From an uncultured Candidatus Saccharibacteria bacterium (lineage in GTDB: Bacteria; Patescibacteriota; Dojkabacteria; CALFHW01), in NCBI GenBank assembly GCA_964640685.1, contig CAZXFQ010000004.1, positions 22,608 to 46,607 of the forward strand: a stretch of DNA of 24,000 nucleotides, written 5' to 3'. Below are positions 1 through 8,000 of the stretch, piece after piece. Under the pieces are notes generated by a model. It did no database searches. It saw only the letters and a program-made list of their open reading frames with translations, and was not told the DNA's origin. A program made the translations under genes and the position numbers. The number at the start of each line of letters is the position of its first letter. Within the stretch, counting starts at the first letter, position 1.

Positions 1-254
1 TGGGGATGTAAATCTACTGGGATACCACGTCCTCTATCTCTAATTCTAACGCCATGACCCGGGAGGACCGTCAATTCAACCAAGTCATTGTTTCCCGCTA
101 AAGCTTCGTCAATCGCATTGTCTACAATCTCTTTTATCAAGTGGTGCAAACCATCCACACCCGAATCTCCAATGTACATAGCCGGTCTGCGTCTAACTGC
201 CTCCAGGCCTTCTAGAATTACAATATTTGCTGCGCCGTAATCGTTGTTACTCAT
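1..254 (-). CDS. gyrB: DNA gyrase subunit B, N-terminal fragment; the gene runs off the window start
   Basis: Hand translation of the minus strand from the ATG at 254..252 gives MSNNDYGAANIVILEGLEAVRRRPAMYIGDSGVDGLHHLIKEIVDNAIDEALAG...RDRGRGIPVDLHP. These are the canonical type IIA topoisomerase B-subunit GHKL motifs (LEGLEAVRKRPGMYIG, DNxxDE, GRGIP). GyrB cannot be formally separated from ParE on 84 aa. Confidence 0.85.
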   Translation of the reverse strand, partial: MSNNDYGAANIVILEGLEAVRRRPAMYIGDSGVDGLHHLIKEIVDNAIDEALAGNNDLVELTVLPGHGVRIRDRGRGIPVDLHP

Positions 255-264
255 AGAGAATATT

Positions 265-1050
265 TTACACTATTGCTTGCAGTTCGAGAAAAATTCTATC
301 AGTTAATAATTTAGTATTTACATTTGCCCCTACACTCTTATGTATGTTGGTAGTCAAATTCATGAGCAACTGTTGCTGCTGCATGCTAAGCCGGGGACTA
401 AATATCGACGAATTTACTATTTTAGTAAATACCTCAAAAATCACACCTTTACTTGCTCCAGTTTCTTGAGCTGCAATTATACTTTGTAATTGCTCATAGG
501 CGTCGAATTTATCGCGATCCAAGAATTTCTCCCAAACTGTAAATAAGTTATTGACAACCTCAGCGTCAATATTGAACTCTTGACTTAATTCACTGCTAAA
601 GCTATTTGCTGACTTTGCTGGATCGAGCCTGGTAATTAGACAGCGTGACCTAATAGTTACCAATAAATTTGTTGGTTGTTTGACCTGCAAGTAAATTTGC
701 AAAAACTGTGGTGGTTCCTCGAGTAATTTCAACAACTTGTTCTGTGCTGCTATATTTAGTTGCTCTGCAGGTGATATGAGTAAATATGCTTTGGGTTGAA
801 GATTTGGTTTTATCTGCGCAAAGCCCAGTACTGGGATAATCTCCTCTACTCCAATCTCCTTTTTCGTAGCGGGCGTAGTTAGTAACATAATGTTCACTTT
901 ATTGCCTACACGATTGCTAAACTCACTTAAGGTCTCATTCGGCTGAGATTCTATTGGCGATTCCAGATCTTCCACTAATTGCGTCTGCACGAATCGCAGA
1001 AAATCTGAAGAATTAGCAATTAAAATTTGAGAAATATTTGAATCGTACAT
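265..1050 (-). CDS. holB: DNA polymerase III delta-prime-like clamp-loader subunit with no recognisable Walker A
   Basis: 261 aa. It carries the clamp-loader motifs NKLLKLLEEPPQF and TIRSRC (sensor-1/SRC). The N-terminus has no GxxGxGK P-loop, which is common for delta-prime. Its stop lies 10 nt upstream of the gyrB ATG. Confidence 0.7.
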   Translation of the reverse strand: MYDSNISQILIANSSDFLRFVQTQLVEDLESPIESQPNETLSEFSNRVGNKVNIMLLTTPATKKEIGVEEIIPVLGFAQIKPNLQPKAYLLISPAEQLNIAAQNKLLKLLEEPPQFLQIYLQVKQPTNLLVTIRSRCLITRLDPAKSANSFSSELSQEFNIDAEVVNNLFTVWEKFLDRDKFDAYEQLQSIIAAQETGASKGVIFEVFTKIVNSSIFSPRLSMQQQQLLMNLTTNIHKSVGANVNTKLLTDRIFLELQAIV

Positions 1051-1058
1051 CTGTGAAA

Positions 1059-1064
1059 ATTATA
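1059..1064 (-). promoter_or_regulatory. Candidate -10 box (TATAAT on the minus strand) 8 nt upstream of the holB ATG
   Basis: The minus strand reads GGTATATAATTTTCACAG-ATG. It sits in the 68-bp divergent spacer between holB and pilB. No SD motif is present. Confidence 0.35.
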
Positions 1065-1118
1065 TACCATCTTGTACTTACTGAATTAAACAATTATATC
1101 TGCTAAACTATTTTTAGC

Positions 1119-2984
1119 ATGTCATCACTGCCCGAACTCGACAATGCAATTATTCCTTCAGGCCTATCCAGTCAGGTAGCTACTTCTATGTCAGATTTGG
1201 GGACGCCTAGTGGAGGTTATACTGCGGGCTCTACTCTGCTAGATGCATTGCAAAGAAGCGGCAAATTAACCAAACAGCAAGTCGACGATCTCAAAAAACT
1301 GGTAGTTACCTCTGGGAAGACCATGGAGCAAGCTGCTACTGTTGAAGGTGGGCTAACTGAGGAAGAAGTGTATAAAGTCAAGGCTGGAATGTTTGGAGTG
1401 GAATTTGTAGATCTAGGTTCTCTAGATTTTGACCCTACACTTCTTAATAAAATCTCACCAGATGTGGCGCGCAAGAATTTGGCTGTGGTGGTAGGTCGTG
1501 GTGTTAGCGGTCTAAAGGTGGCAATGACTGATCCGCTTGATATTCAGAAAGTGAAATATCTGAGTGCGATTGTTGGTACTACGATTGAGCCAGTACTAGG
1601 TACTCCGGGCCAAATCAATTATGTGATTGATAATAAATATGGAGCGCAGGTAGATTCTGAGGTTGATAAGGCCATGGAAGATGTTGGCGATCAAGTGACA
1701 AATCTTAGTGGTGTAGCCACTGAAGTTACAGATCTGGCCAGTGGGGCTGATTTGGCCAATGCACCAGTGTCAAAGATTGTAAACATGATTCTGGAATATG
1801 CAATTCGTTATAAATCTTCTGACGTGCACATCGAGCCCCGAGAAAATAAAATCGCGGTCAGATTCCGCATATACGGTGTGTTGGCTGAAAAATTGAGTTT
1901 ACCCAAGAAATTGATGGCAGCAGTAGTCTCGAGGATCAAGATTCTAGCTACATTGAAAATTGACGAGCATAGAGTCCCCCAGGATGGGCGTTTTCAAGTG
2001 AAATTAGGTGATGAAATGGTGGATTTACGTGTATCTACAGTGCCTACTGTCTACGGTGAAAAGATTGTGATGCGTTTGCTGCAAAAAGGTGGTGGCGCGA
2101 TAGATTTGCCAGCCACTGGAGTCAGAGGTCATGCTTTCAAAGTGTTCAATGAAGCGATTCACAAAACTCAAGGAATTATATTGGTAACTGGCCCTACAGG
2201 TAGTGGCAAAACTCAAACTTTGGCCAGTGTGCTGAAAGTTTTAAACACTGGCGAGGTGAATATCATGACTCTGGAGGATCCGGTAGAAATTCGGATCGAT
2301 GGTGTCAACCAAGTCCAGATCAATACTGAAGTAGGACTCACATTTGCACGTGGATTAAGGGCTTTCTTGCGTCAAGATCCGAATGTGATTATGGTGGGAG
2401 AAATTCGCGACTCTGAAACCGCTGGACTTGCCGTGCAAGCTTCTTTAACTGGTCACTTAGTTTTGGCCACATTACACACTAATTCGGCTGCCGCCGCGCC
2501 ACCCCGCTTAATCGACATGGGTGTGGAACCGTTTTTACTGTCCTCTACTATTAATGTAATCTTGGCGCAAAGATTAGTAAGAAAGATTTGTACCCATTGT
2601 CGAGAGGCCTATTATGCAGACAAAGCTGTGGTTACAGAGATTCACAAAATTTTGGACGGCATCAAGATGCAATACAATTTCTATTCATTACCAAATAATC
2701 AAGAGGGAGATCCTACTACCATTGATGATGACAAGCTAGTGCTATATAGAGGTAAAGGGTGTTCTAAATGTAATGATACTGGCTACAGCGGGCGTTTAGG
2801 GATTTTTGAGGCGATTGATATCAATGAAGGTATTAGTAAGCTCATTTTGCAAAGGGAATCTGCGTTCGCGATTAACAAAGCTGCCGTAGCCAATGGAATG
2901 ATATCAATGGCACAAGATGGATTTATGAAGGCACTGGAAGGGATTACCACTTTGGAGGAAGTTCTCAGAGTTCAGACTCATTAA
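1119..2984 (+). CDS. pilB: Type IV pilus assembly (extension) ATPase PilB/GspE family
   Basis: 621 aa with an N-terminal T2SSE_N-like region (LKVAMTDPLDIQKVKYL). It has Walker A GPTGSGKT, the boxes LRQDPNVIMVGEIRD and ATLHTNSA, and the tetracysteine motif CTHC...CSKC typical of PilB. It is the first gene of the pilus block. Confidence 0.92.
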   Translation: MSSLPELDNAIIPSGLSSQVATSMSDLGTPSGGYTAGSTLLDALQRSGKLTKQQVDDLKKLVVTSGKTMEQAATVEGGLTEEEVYKVKAGMFGVEFVDLGSLDFDPTLLNKISPDVARKNLAVVVGRGVSGLKVAMTDPLDIQKVKYLSAIVGTTIEPVLGTPGQINYVIDNKYGAQVDSEVDKAMEDVGDQVTNLSGVATEVTDLASGADLANAPVSKIVNMILEYAIRYKSSDVHIEPRENKIAVRFRIYGVLAEKLSLPKKLMAAVVSRIKILATLKIDEHRVPQDGRFQVKLGDEMVDLRVSTVPTVYGEKIVMRLLQKGGGAIDLPATGVRGHAFKVFNEAIHKTQGIILVTGPTGSGKTQTLASVLKVLNTGEVNIMTLEDPVEIRIDGVNQVQINTEVGLTFARGLRAFLRQDPNVIMVGEIRDSETAGLAVQASLTGHLVLATLHTNSAAAAPPRLIDMGVEPFLLSSTINVILAQRLVRKICTHCREAYYADKAVVTEIHKILDGIKMQYNFYSLPNNQEGDPTTIDDDKLVLYRGKGCSKCNDTGYSGRLGIFEAIDINEGISKLILQRESAFAINKAAVANGMISMAQDGFMKALEGITTLEEVLRVQTH

Positions 2985-3059
2985 AGAATACATGGCAATC
3001 TTGCGGTGTGCTTAAAAATGAGTAATACTAAATTAAATTACTAAAATTAACACTGCCAA

Positions 3060-4604
3060 ATGCAACCCATAACACCAAATACAGATTTTCCTGACTTGTC
3101 AGCACTAAGCGGTAGTTTGCCTACTCCCATGGCGAGTCCTGTATCTCAAACTGAACCAGACAGCAGTGCAGCAGCAGACATTACTCTAGAGATTGATGAT
3201 CAAGGCGTAAAGACTATTTCTGGTCCCGCAGTTGAATCTCCCGCAGTTCCTGCTCCCACAGCGTCATCAATTCCAGTGGAAGCAATTCCAATGACAAATA
3301 TTGGTGAAATTGCCCAACCTGTGCCTGTTCCGGTAGAGCCGCTTGTCCCTCCAATATCTCAGACAGCTGCTGAGCCAACAGTATTGCCAGCGTTCAATCA
3401 AGCTCCTGCCAATACAATTGCACCACAGTTAGAGAGTGCTGTACTTCCACCTCTCGAGGCTCAACCTACTGCCAATGCAAATCCAGCTGCGGCTGAAGCC
3501 AAAGTCGGCATGAAAGATTTTGTGGGAATTCTGCCAGCTGATACAAATATTGAAACTTTTATGTTACTTGCCTTGGAGCGCAAGGCTTCAGATATACATT
3601 TTGCTGCTGGCTATCCAGTGATGATTAGAGTTGACGGTGCACTTATCGATGTTTCTGAGTCTATTACTGGCGAACATGCCAAGATTTTGGCTTTATCAGT
3701 ACTAAATGCAGACCAAAAAAAACTGTATGAAGATAATCTAGAAATTGACCTTTCTTATACTAGTGTACAAGCCAAAGTTAGGTTTAGAATTAATCTGTTC
3801 ACAGATAAAGGCAATTGTGCTGGCGCATTAAGGTTAATTGCTACCAAGATCAAAACTATCAAAGACTTAGATTTGCCTGACATTCTATTCCAAATACTCG
3901 AAGAGCCTTATGGGCTAGTACTCGTGGTGGGTCCAACAGGTAGTGGAAAAAGTACAACCCTAGCTGCAATGCTCAACCACATAAATATTAATAAAAAAGA
4001 ACATATTGTCACAGTAGAGGACCCAGTAGAATACATTTATCCTGTTGGTCAATCTATTGTGAACCAGCGAGAATTATCTGCAGACACCAAGTCCTGGAAA
4101 AATGCTCTAAAATCAGCTTTACGTGAAGACCCGAATGTTGTGTTGGTGGGTGAGATGCGTGATTTAGAAACTACAGAATCTACTATTACCATTGCTGAGA
4201 CTGGGCATTTGACTTTCGCAACTTTGCATACAAACTCAGCTTCACAAGCGATAGATAGAATAATTGATATCTTCCCAGACGGTGCTAAGGCTCAGATTAG
4301 AGCGCAATTGGCGAATGTTCTGGTAGCTGTAATTTCGCAGAGATTGATACCTATCGCCCAAGGTGGCCGCAAAGCAGTTCTGGAAGTAATGTTAGGGACA
4401 GTGGCAGTGCGCAATGCTATCCGTGAAGGCAAAACCTATCAGATAGACAATGTAATGCAAACTAGCGGTGACTTAGGAATGTTAACTTTGGAGAAATCGT
4501 TGGCAGAAATGGTGAAGACAGGCCTTATCACTAAGTCACAAGCATTTGAATATACTGCCAAGCCAGATGAACTAGAAAATATGCTTAGCCATCATACTGC
4601 TTAA
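3060..4604 (+). CDS. pilT: Type IV pilus retraction ATPase PilT/PilU family with a ~150 aa Pro/Ala-rich N-terminal extension
   Basis: The C-terminal ~364 aa are canonical PilT: ASDIHF, GPTGSGKSTT, TVEDPVEY, LREDPNVVLVGEMRD, AETGHLTFATLHTNSA, and no tetracysteine. The frame stays open for 150 more codons upstream. An alternative ATG lies at 3510. Confidence 0.9.
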   Translation: MQPITPNTDFPDLSALSGSLPTPMASPVSQTEPDSSAAADITLEIDDQGVKTISGPAVESPAVPAPTASSIPVEAIPMTNIGEIAQPVPVPVEPLVPPISQTAAEPTVLPAFNQAPANTIAPQLESAVLPPLEAQPTANANPAAAEAKVGMKDFVGILPADTNIETFMLLALERKASDIHFAAGYPVMIRVDGALIDVSESITGEHAKILALSVLNADQKKLYEDNLEIDLSYTSVQAKVRFRINLFTDKGNCAGALRLIATKIKTIKDLDLPDILFQILEEPYGLVLVVGPTGSGKSTTLAAMLNHININKKEHIVTVEDPVEYIYPVGQSIVNQRELSADTKSWKNALKSALREDPNVVLVGEMRDLETTESTITIAETGHLTFATLHTNSASQAIDRIIDIFPDGAKAQIRAQLANVLVAVISQRLIPIAQGGRKAVLEVMLGTVAVRNAIREGKTYQIDNVMQTSGDLGMLTLEKSLAEMVKTGLITKSQAFEYTAKPDELENMLSHHTA

Positions 4605-4621
4605 TTTAGTCTACATAAACT

Positions 4622-5851
4622 ATGTCTCAAAAAAAATTCAAATATGTAGCAAATGATAAAACTGGCCAGCGAGTCGTAGGCGATTACAAAGCTGAAAACC
4701 GAGATCAGGTGGCTGATTATCTACGCGAACGCGACTTGTTCATAGTGTCGATTACTCAGGATTTAGGCTTAGACTTCAAATCTTTGAGTGACATCCAGAT
4801 TGGGGGGGCTTCACTCAAGGATAGGATGGTATTGGTGAAACAAATGAGCACAATGATGCAAGCGGGCTTGCCAGTGTTGCAGTGTTTGGATATTTTGGCC
4901 AAGCAACTGGATAGCAAACAGTTACAAGAACAATTAGAGTCTGTACAAAGAGAGATTGAAGGTGGTAGCACTCTTTCCAGCGCTTTCCAAAAACATGCCA
5001 AGCTTTTTAATGAGGTGCAAATCAACTTAATCTCTGCAGGTGAAAAAAGTGGTAATTTAGTGGAAGTGATTGGTCAAGTAGCATTTGATATGGAAAAGTC
5101 TCATGCGTTGCAAAGCAAATTGCGTTCTGCCATGATTTACCCAGCAATCATTTTCTTTGCAATTGCCATTGTTATGATAATTCTTGTGGTATTTATGGTG
5201 CCTACGGTTAAATCTTTATATGCAGACTTCAACGCTTTAGATAAGATTCCAGACATCACTAAGTTTTTGATAAGCGTGAGCGAATTTTTCCAGAATCCTC
5301 TGGGCTTAGGAGCAATTATTTTTGTGTTAATTATTGCTTTCTTTTTGTTCAGATCATTCCAGAGCACTGAACAAGGTAAAATGGCAATTGCTGGTTACTC
5401 GTTGAAACTGCCAGTCTTTGGACAGCTAATTCAAAAGGCACAGCTAGCTCAATTCGGCAGAATTTTATCAATGTTAATGAAGTCTGGTGTGCCAATTATA
5501 GAGGCCTTGAAAATTGTCTCGAAATCATTGTCCAATCCTCTCTATACCAAAGCCATTATGCAGTGTGCAGAAGAAGTATCCAAAGGCGTGCCATTGGCTG
5601 TACCTCTTGCTAATAGCGCGGTGTTTCCTCTAATCTATATCCGCCTAGTATCTACTGGCGAGCAGACAGGCAATCTAGATAAAGTTTTGGCGGATTTGGG
5701 CAAGTATTATGACGCCGAAGTAGATGAAATTACCAATAACTTGACAAAACTTATGGAGCCTATTATTCTATTAGTAGTTGGAGGAATGGTAGGTTTTCTT
5801 GCAGTCGCCGTGTACCTGCCAATCTATAGTATAGGCAATGTTATTTCATAA
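4622..5851 (+). CDS. pilC: Type IV pilus platform protein PilC (GspF family)
   Basis: 409 aa with a duplicated T2SSF-type architecture and hydrophobic TM segments (MIYPAIIFFAIAIVMIILVVF, LGAIIFVLIIAFFLF, IILLVVGGMVGFLAVAVYLPIY). It sits directly after pilB and pilT. Confidence 0.9.
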   Translation: MSQKKFKYVANDKTGQRVVGDYKAENRDQVADYLRERDLFIVSITQDLGLDFKSLSDIQIGGASLKDRMVLVKQMSTMMQAGLPVLQCLDILAKQLDSKQLQEQLESVQREIEGGSTLSSAFQKHAKLFNEVQINLISAGEKSGNLVEVIGQVAFDMEKSHALQSKLRSAMIYPAIIFFAIAIVMIILVVFMVPTVKSLYADFNALDKIPDITKFLISVSEFFQNPLGLGAIIFVLIIAFFLFRSFQSTEQGKMAIAGYSLKLPVFGQLIQKAQLAQFGRILSMLMKSGVPIIEALKIVSKSLSNPLYTKAIMQCAEEVSKGVPLAVPLANSAVFPLIYIRLVSTGEQTGNLDKVLADLGKYYDAEVDEITNNLTKLMEPIILLVVGGMVGFLAVAVYLPIYSIGNVIS

Positions 5852-5912
5852 TCCTGCAATAAGATTATATATATAAACATTTATTTTATTTACTTAAATT
5901 AAACTTAAAGAT

Positions 5913-6404
5913 ATGCAAAATTCACTAAAAAAAACTTTTAGAGGTTTCTCCTTGGTAGAACTGCTAGTCGCAATGGCGATTATCGGAGTCTTACTGGGAT
6001 TAGTAGTGTTCGGTATTTCTACAGCTCAACTTAACTCAAGAGACGCACAAAGACGTCAGAAATTAGCTGACTTCCAAATAGCAATTACTGACCATCAAGG
6101 CAGAACCAATGCTTATCCTACCTTCTCAGGAGCTCCTACTATCATGACTGTAGGAACAACTACCGTAGGCTTGGCTGGTCCAACGCAATGGCAAGCGACT
6201 GGAACTACAGCTCCTGGCGCAACCTCAACTGCCAATACAACTAGTTATTGCTATGCTACTAATACGACTAACTTCGTATATATTGTAGGAGCCAAACTTG
6301 AGAGTGGTGCTGGTGCTTGGGCGTATGTAGGTGAAACCAAATCTGGGCAATCTTTGCCAGCAGCCAATTCAGCTACTCGCAATTCAGCATGCACTAGCTT
6401 ATAA
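5913..6404 (+). CDS. Type IV (major-type) pilin, paralog 1
   Basis: 163 aa. Class III signal KKTFRG|FSLVELLVAMAIIGVLLGLVV (G-1, F+1, E+5). It has a Thr/Ser/Asn-rich variable centre and two C-terminal Cys (YCYA...SACTSL) that could form a D-region disulfide. A strong terminator follows it. Confidence 0.88.
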   Translation: MQNSLKKTFRGFSLVELLVAMAIIGVLLGLVVFGISTAQLNSRDAQRRQKLADFQIAITDHQGRTNAYPTFSGAPTIMTVGTTTVGLAGPTQWQATGTTAPGATSTANTTSYCYATNTTNFVYIVGAKLESGAGAWAYVGETKSGQSLPAANSATRNSACTSL

Positions 6405-6422
6405 GTACATTTATTAATAATT

Positions 6423-6450
6423 AAAACGGGCCGCAAGGCCCGTTTTATTT
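6423..6450 (+). terminator. Rho-independent terminator after pilin 1
   Basis: AAAACGGGCC-GCAA-GGCCCGTTTTATTT. The perfect GC-rich stem is 6427-6432/6437-6442, with a GNRA-type loop and a T-tract. The upstream A-tract makes it formally bidirectional. Confidence 0.8.
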
Positions 6451-6468
6451 AGTTAAGCAGTTGTTATT

Positions 6469-7275
6469 TTGAAAGGCATTTTGGAAATAATCTTGGTTCT
6501 GGATTTTTTGCAAAAACTTTTGATTTTGGTCTTTTTTATAGCTATATATAGTGCTATTGGGAGTTACTTCTCTGTGGCTATTACTAGGGGCTGGCGTGCA
6601 AGTGCCAAAGGCCGCTCACATTGTGATGGATGCGGCCGTAGACTTAATTGGTGGGAATTGCTACCGGTTATTTCTATCTGCTTTTTGGCAGTAAAGAATA
6701 AAGGCAGAACTAAATGTTGTCAGTCCCCTATTTCTCTTAACTATCTGGCAACTGAAGTTTTTGCTTTCTTTATAGGAGTTTTAATTGGCTGGTTGTGGCT
6801 GATATCGGCGACGGGAGTCAATACTCTTCTGCTTGTTCCGATTAGTTTAGTATGGTTGTATTTGAGCTTGGAAGACATTTGGAAATTAACTGTCAGTAGA
6901 TCTGGCTTAATGCTATTAGTAGGGTTCGTTTGCATTGCAGAGTTAATTAGCAGTGTTAATGGCGCTCCGCTGTTTGCATTCGGCACTGAGCTAATTAGCA
7001 GGCTGGTTCTCACAGTAGTCGTGGCGATATTAACTGCAGGATTAATCCTAATCAATAAAGGTAAGGGTTTGGCAATGCATGATCTTGTCCTACTAAGTCT
7101 CGTGACTTTCACACTAGGATTTCCGCAAGGATTGTTTGCAGTAAACTTGACCATAGTACTAAGCAGTTGTGTCGCGGTAGTCTTTATAATTAGACAAAAA
7201 CGACTCAAGGATTTGATCATTCCATTTGTACCGTTTATCTTTCTAGCTTGGCTGCTACTGTTAGCTTTTCAATAG
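6469..7275 (+). CDS. pilD: Prepilin peptidase (A24 family, PilD-like); the start is probably TTG
   Basis: 268 aa polytopic membrane protein. It has an N-terminal Cys cluster HCDGCGRRL...KCC (DiS_P_DiS-like) and candidate catalytic Asp contexts LSLEDIW and GKGLAMHDLVLL. It lies between two pilin genes. There is no ATG near the 5' end; the frame opens at 6457 and the first canonical start is TTG at 6469. Confidence 0.75.
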   Translation: MKGILEIILVLDFLQKLLILVFFIAIYSAIGSYFSVAITRGWRASAKGRSHCDGCGRRLNWWELLPVISICFLAVKNKGRTKCCQSPISLNYLATEVFAFFIGVLIGWLWLISATGVNTLLLVPISLVWLYLSLEDIWKLTVSRSGLMLLVGFVCIAELISSVNGAPLFAFGTELISRLVLTVVVAILTAGLILINKGKGLAMHDLVLLSLVTFTLGFPQGLFAVNLTIVLSSCVAVVFIIRQKRLKDLIIPFVPFIFLAWLLLLAFQ

Positions 7276-7333
7276 AACTCGAAATGGTGCCAAAGTTAGA
7301 TTTAGAGATCTATGCAACTGAGTAAATTTTGAT

Positions 7334-7339
7334 TATAGT
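7334..7339 (+). promoter_or_regulatory. Candidate -10 box TATAGT 5 nt upstream of the pilin-2 ATG (leaderless geometry)
   Basis: The sequence is TAAATTTTGATTATAGTGTCTT-ATG. The same TAAATTTT..TATAGT-N5-ATG layout recurs at 8131-8154. No SD motif is present. Confidence 0.4.
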
Positions 7340-7344
7340 GTCTT

Positions 7345-7848
7345 ATGCAATTATTTTTTCATACTAAATACAGAGCCTTTTCACTTGTAGAGCTGTTAGT
7401 AGCTATGGCAATTATTGGGGTATTGTTGGGATTGGTAGTATTTGGTATTTCTACGGCTCAGCTTAACTCAAGAGACGCGCAAAGACGTCAAAAGCTAGCG
7501 GACATTCAAATAGCAATTACAGATTATCAAGGTCGGACAAATTCTTACCCGGCGACTGGAAGCGTGGCTCCTACAGCAACTCAATTGAGTTTTGGCACTG
7601 CAACTGTTCCAGTGGCAGGCCCTGCACAGTATCAGCTAGGTACGGGGGCAGGTCCAACAGGAAAGGTCTCAAATGCAAGTGCTACAACATATTGCTACGC
7701 AGCGAATGATCCTAAATATGTATATATAGTAGGCGCTAAACTCGAAAGCGGTAATGGAGCTTGGACTTATGTGGGTGAGGTCACTTCAGGCAATTATTTA
7801 CCTGGTGCTACCGGGACTACAGTCATTGCAGGCTGTGTCATTTTCTAG
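7345..7848 (+). CDS. Type IV (major-type) pilin, paralog 2
   Basis: 167 aa. Signal HTKYRA|FSLVELLVAMAIIGVLLGLVV (A-1, F+1, E+5). The N-terminal ~60 residues after cleavage are nearly identical to paralog 1, and the C-terminal block YVYIVGAKLESGxGAWxYVGE is shared. Two C-terminal Cys are present (YCYA...AGCVIF). Confidence 0.88.
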   Translation: MQLFFHTKYRAFSLVELLVAMAIIGVLLGLVVFGISTAQLNSRDAQRRQKLADIQIAITDYQGRTNSYPATGSVAPTATQLSFGTATVPVAGPAQYQLGTGAGPTGKVSNASATTYCYAANDPKYVYIVGAKLESGNGAWTYVGEVTSGNYLPGATGTTVIAGCVIF

Positions 7849-7939
7849 CAATGTGACTTTTTTAACAAGTAAAGACCCACTCCAGTGAGCGCACGCACTT
7901 TTGGCTGTTTTTCAATATGGATCGTTTCTGACTCCATTT

Positions 7940-8000
7940 CGGATCACTTTGTATCTAAATTAGATCTAATTTAGATACAGTATCGGAAGTGATCCGTTTT
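7940..8000 (+). terminator. Long nested hairpin plus T-tract; probable pilin-2 terminator or regulatory structure
   Basis: The outer perfect 10-bp stem is CGGATCACTT (7940-7949) paired with AAGTGATCCG (7987-7996). It encloses a perfect 28-bp palindrome GTATCTAAATTA-GATC-TAATTTAGATAC (7951-7978) and is followed by TTTT (7997-8000). Confidence 0.5.

Noticed and set aside
2985-3509. Treating this stretch as a 525-bp non-coding spacer, with pilT starting at 3510
   Set aside because: The frame is open for all 150 codons in phase with pilT, its GC content is higher than true spacers here, and every other gap in the operon is under 100 bp apart from the obvious regulatory region. I kept the long model and flagged the internal start.
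4629-5934. A8 tracts at the extreme 5' ends of pilC (4629-4636) and pilin 1 (5927-5934) as phase-variation switches
   Set aside because: Equal-length A8/T8 runs occur in pilT (3715-3722), the orphan gene (18538-18545) and recG (21484-21491). They mostly encode Lys-Lys. They look like background for this AT-leaning genome rather than pilus-specific switches.
6741-7220. A 159-aa minus-strand ORF lying entirely inside pilD
   Set aside because: It is antisense to a well-supported membrane-protein gene, has no recognisable motifs, and has the Ser/Thr/Asn-rich composition typical of a shadow frame.
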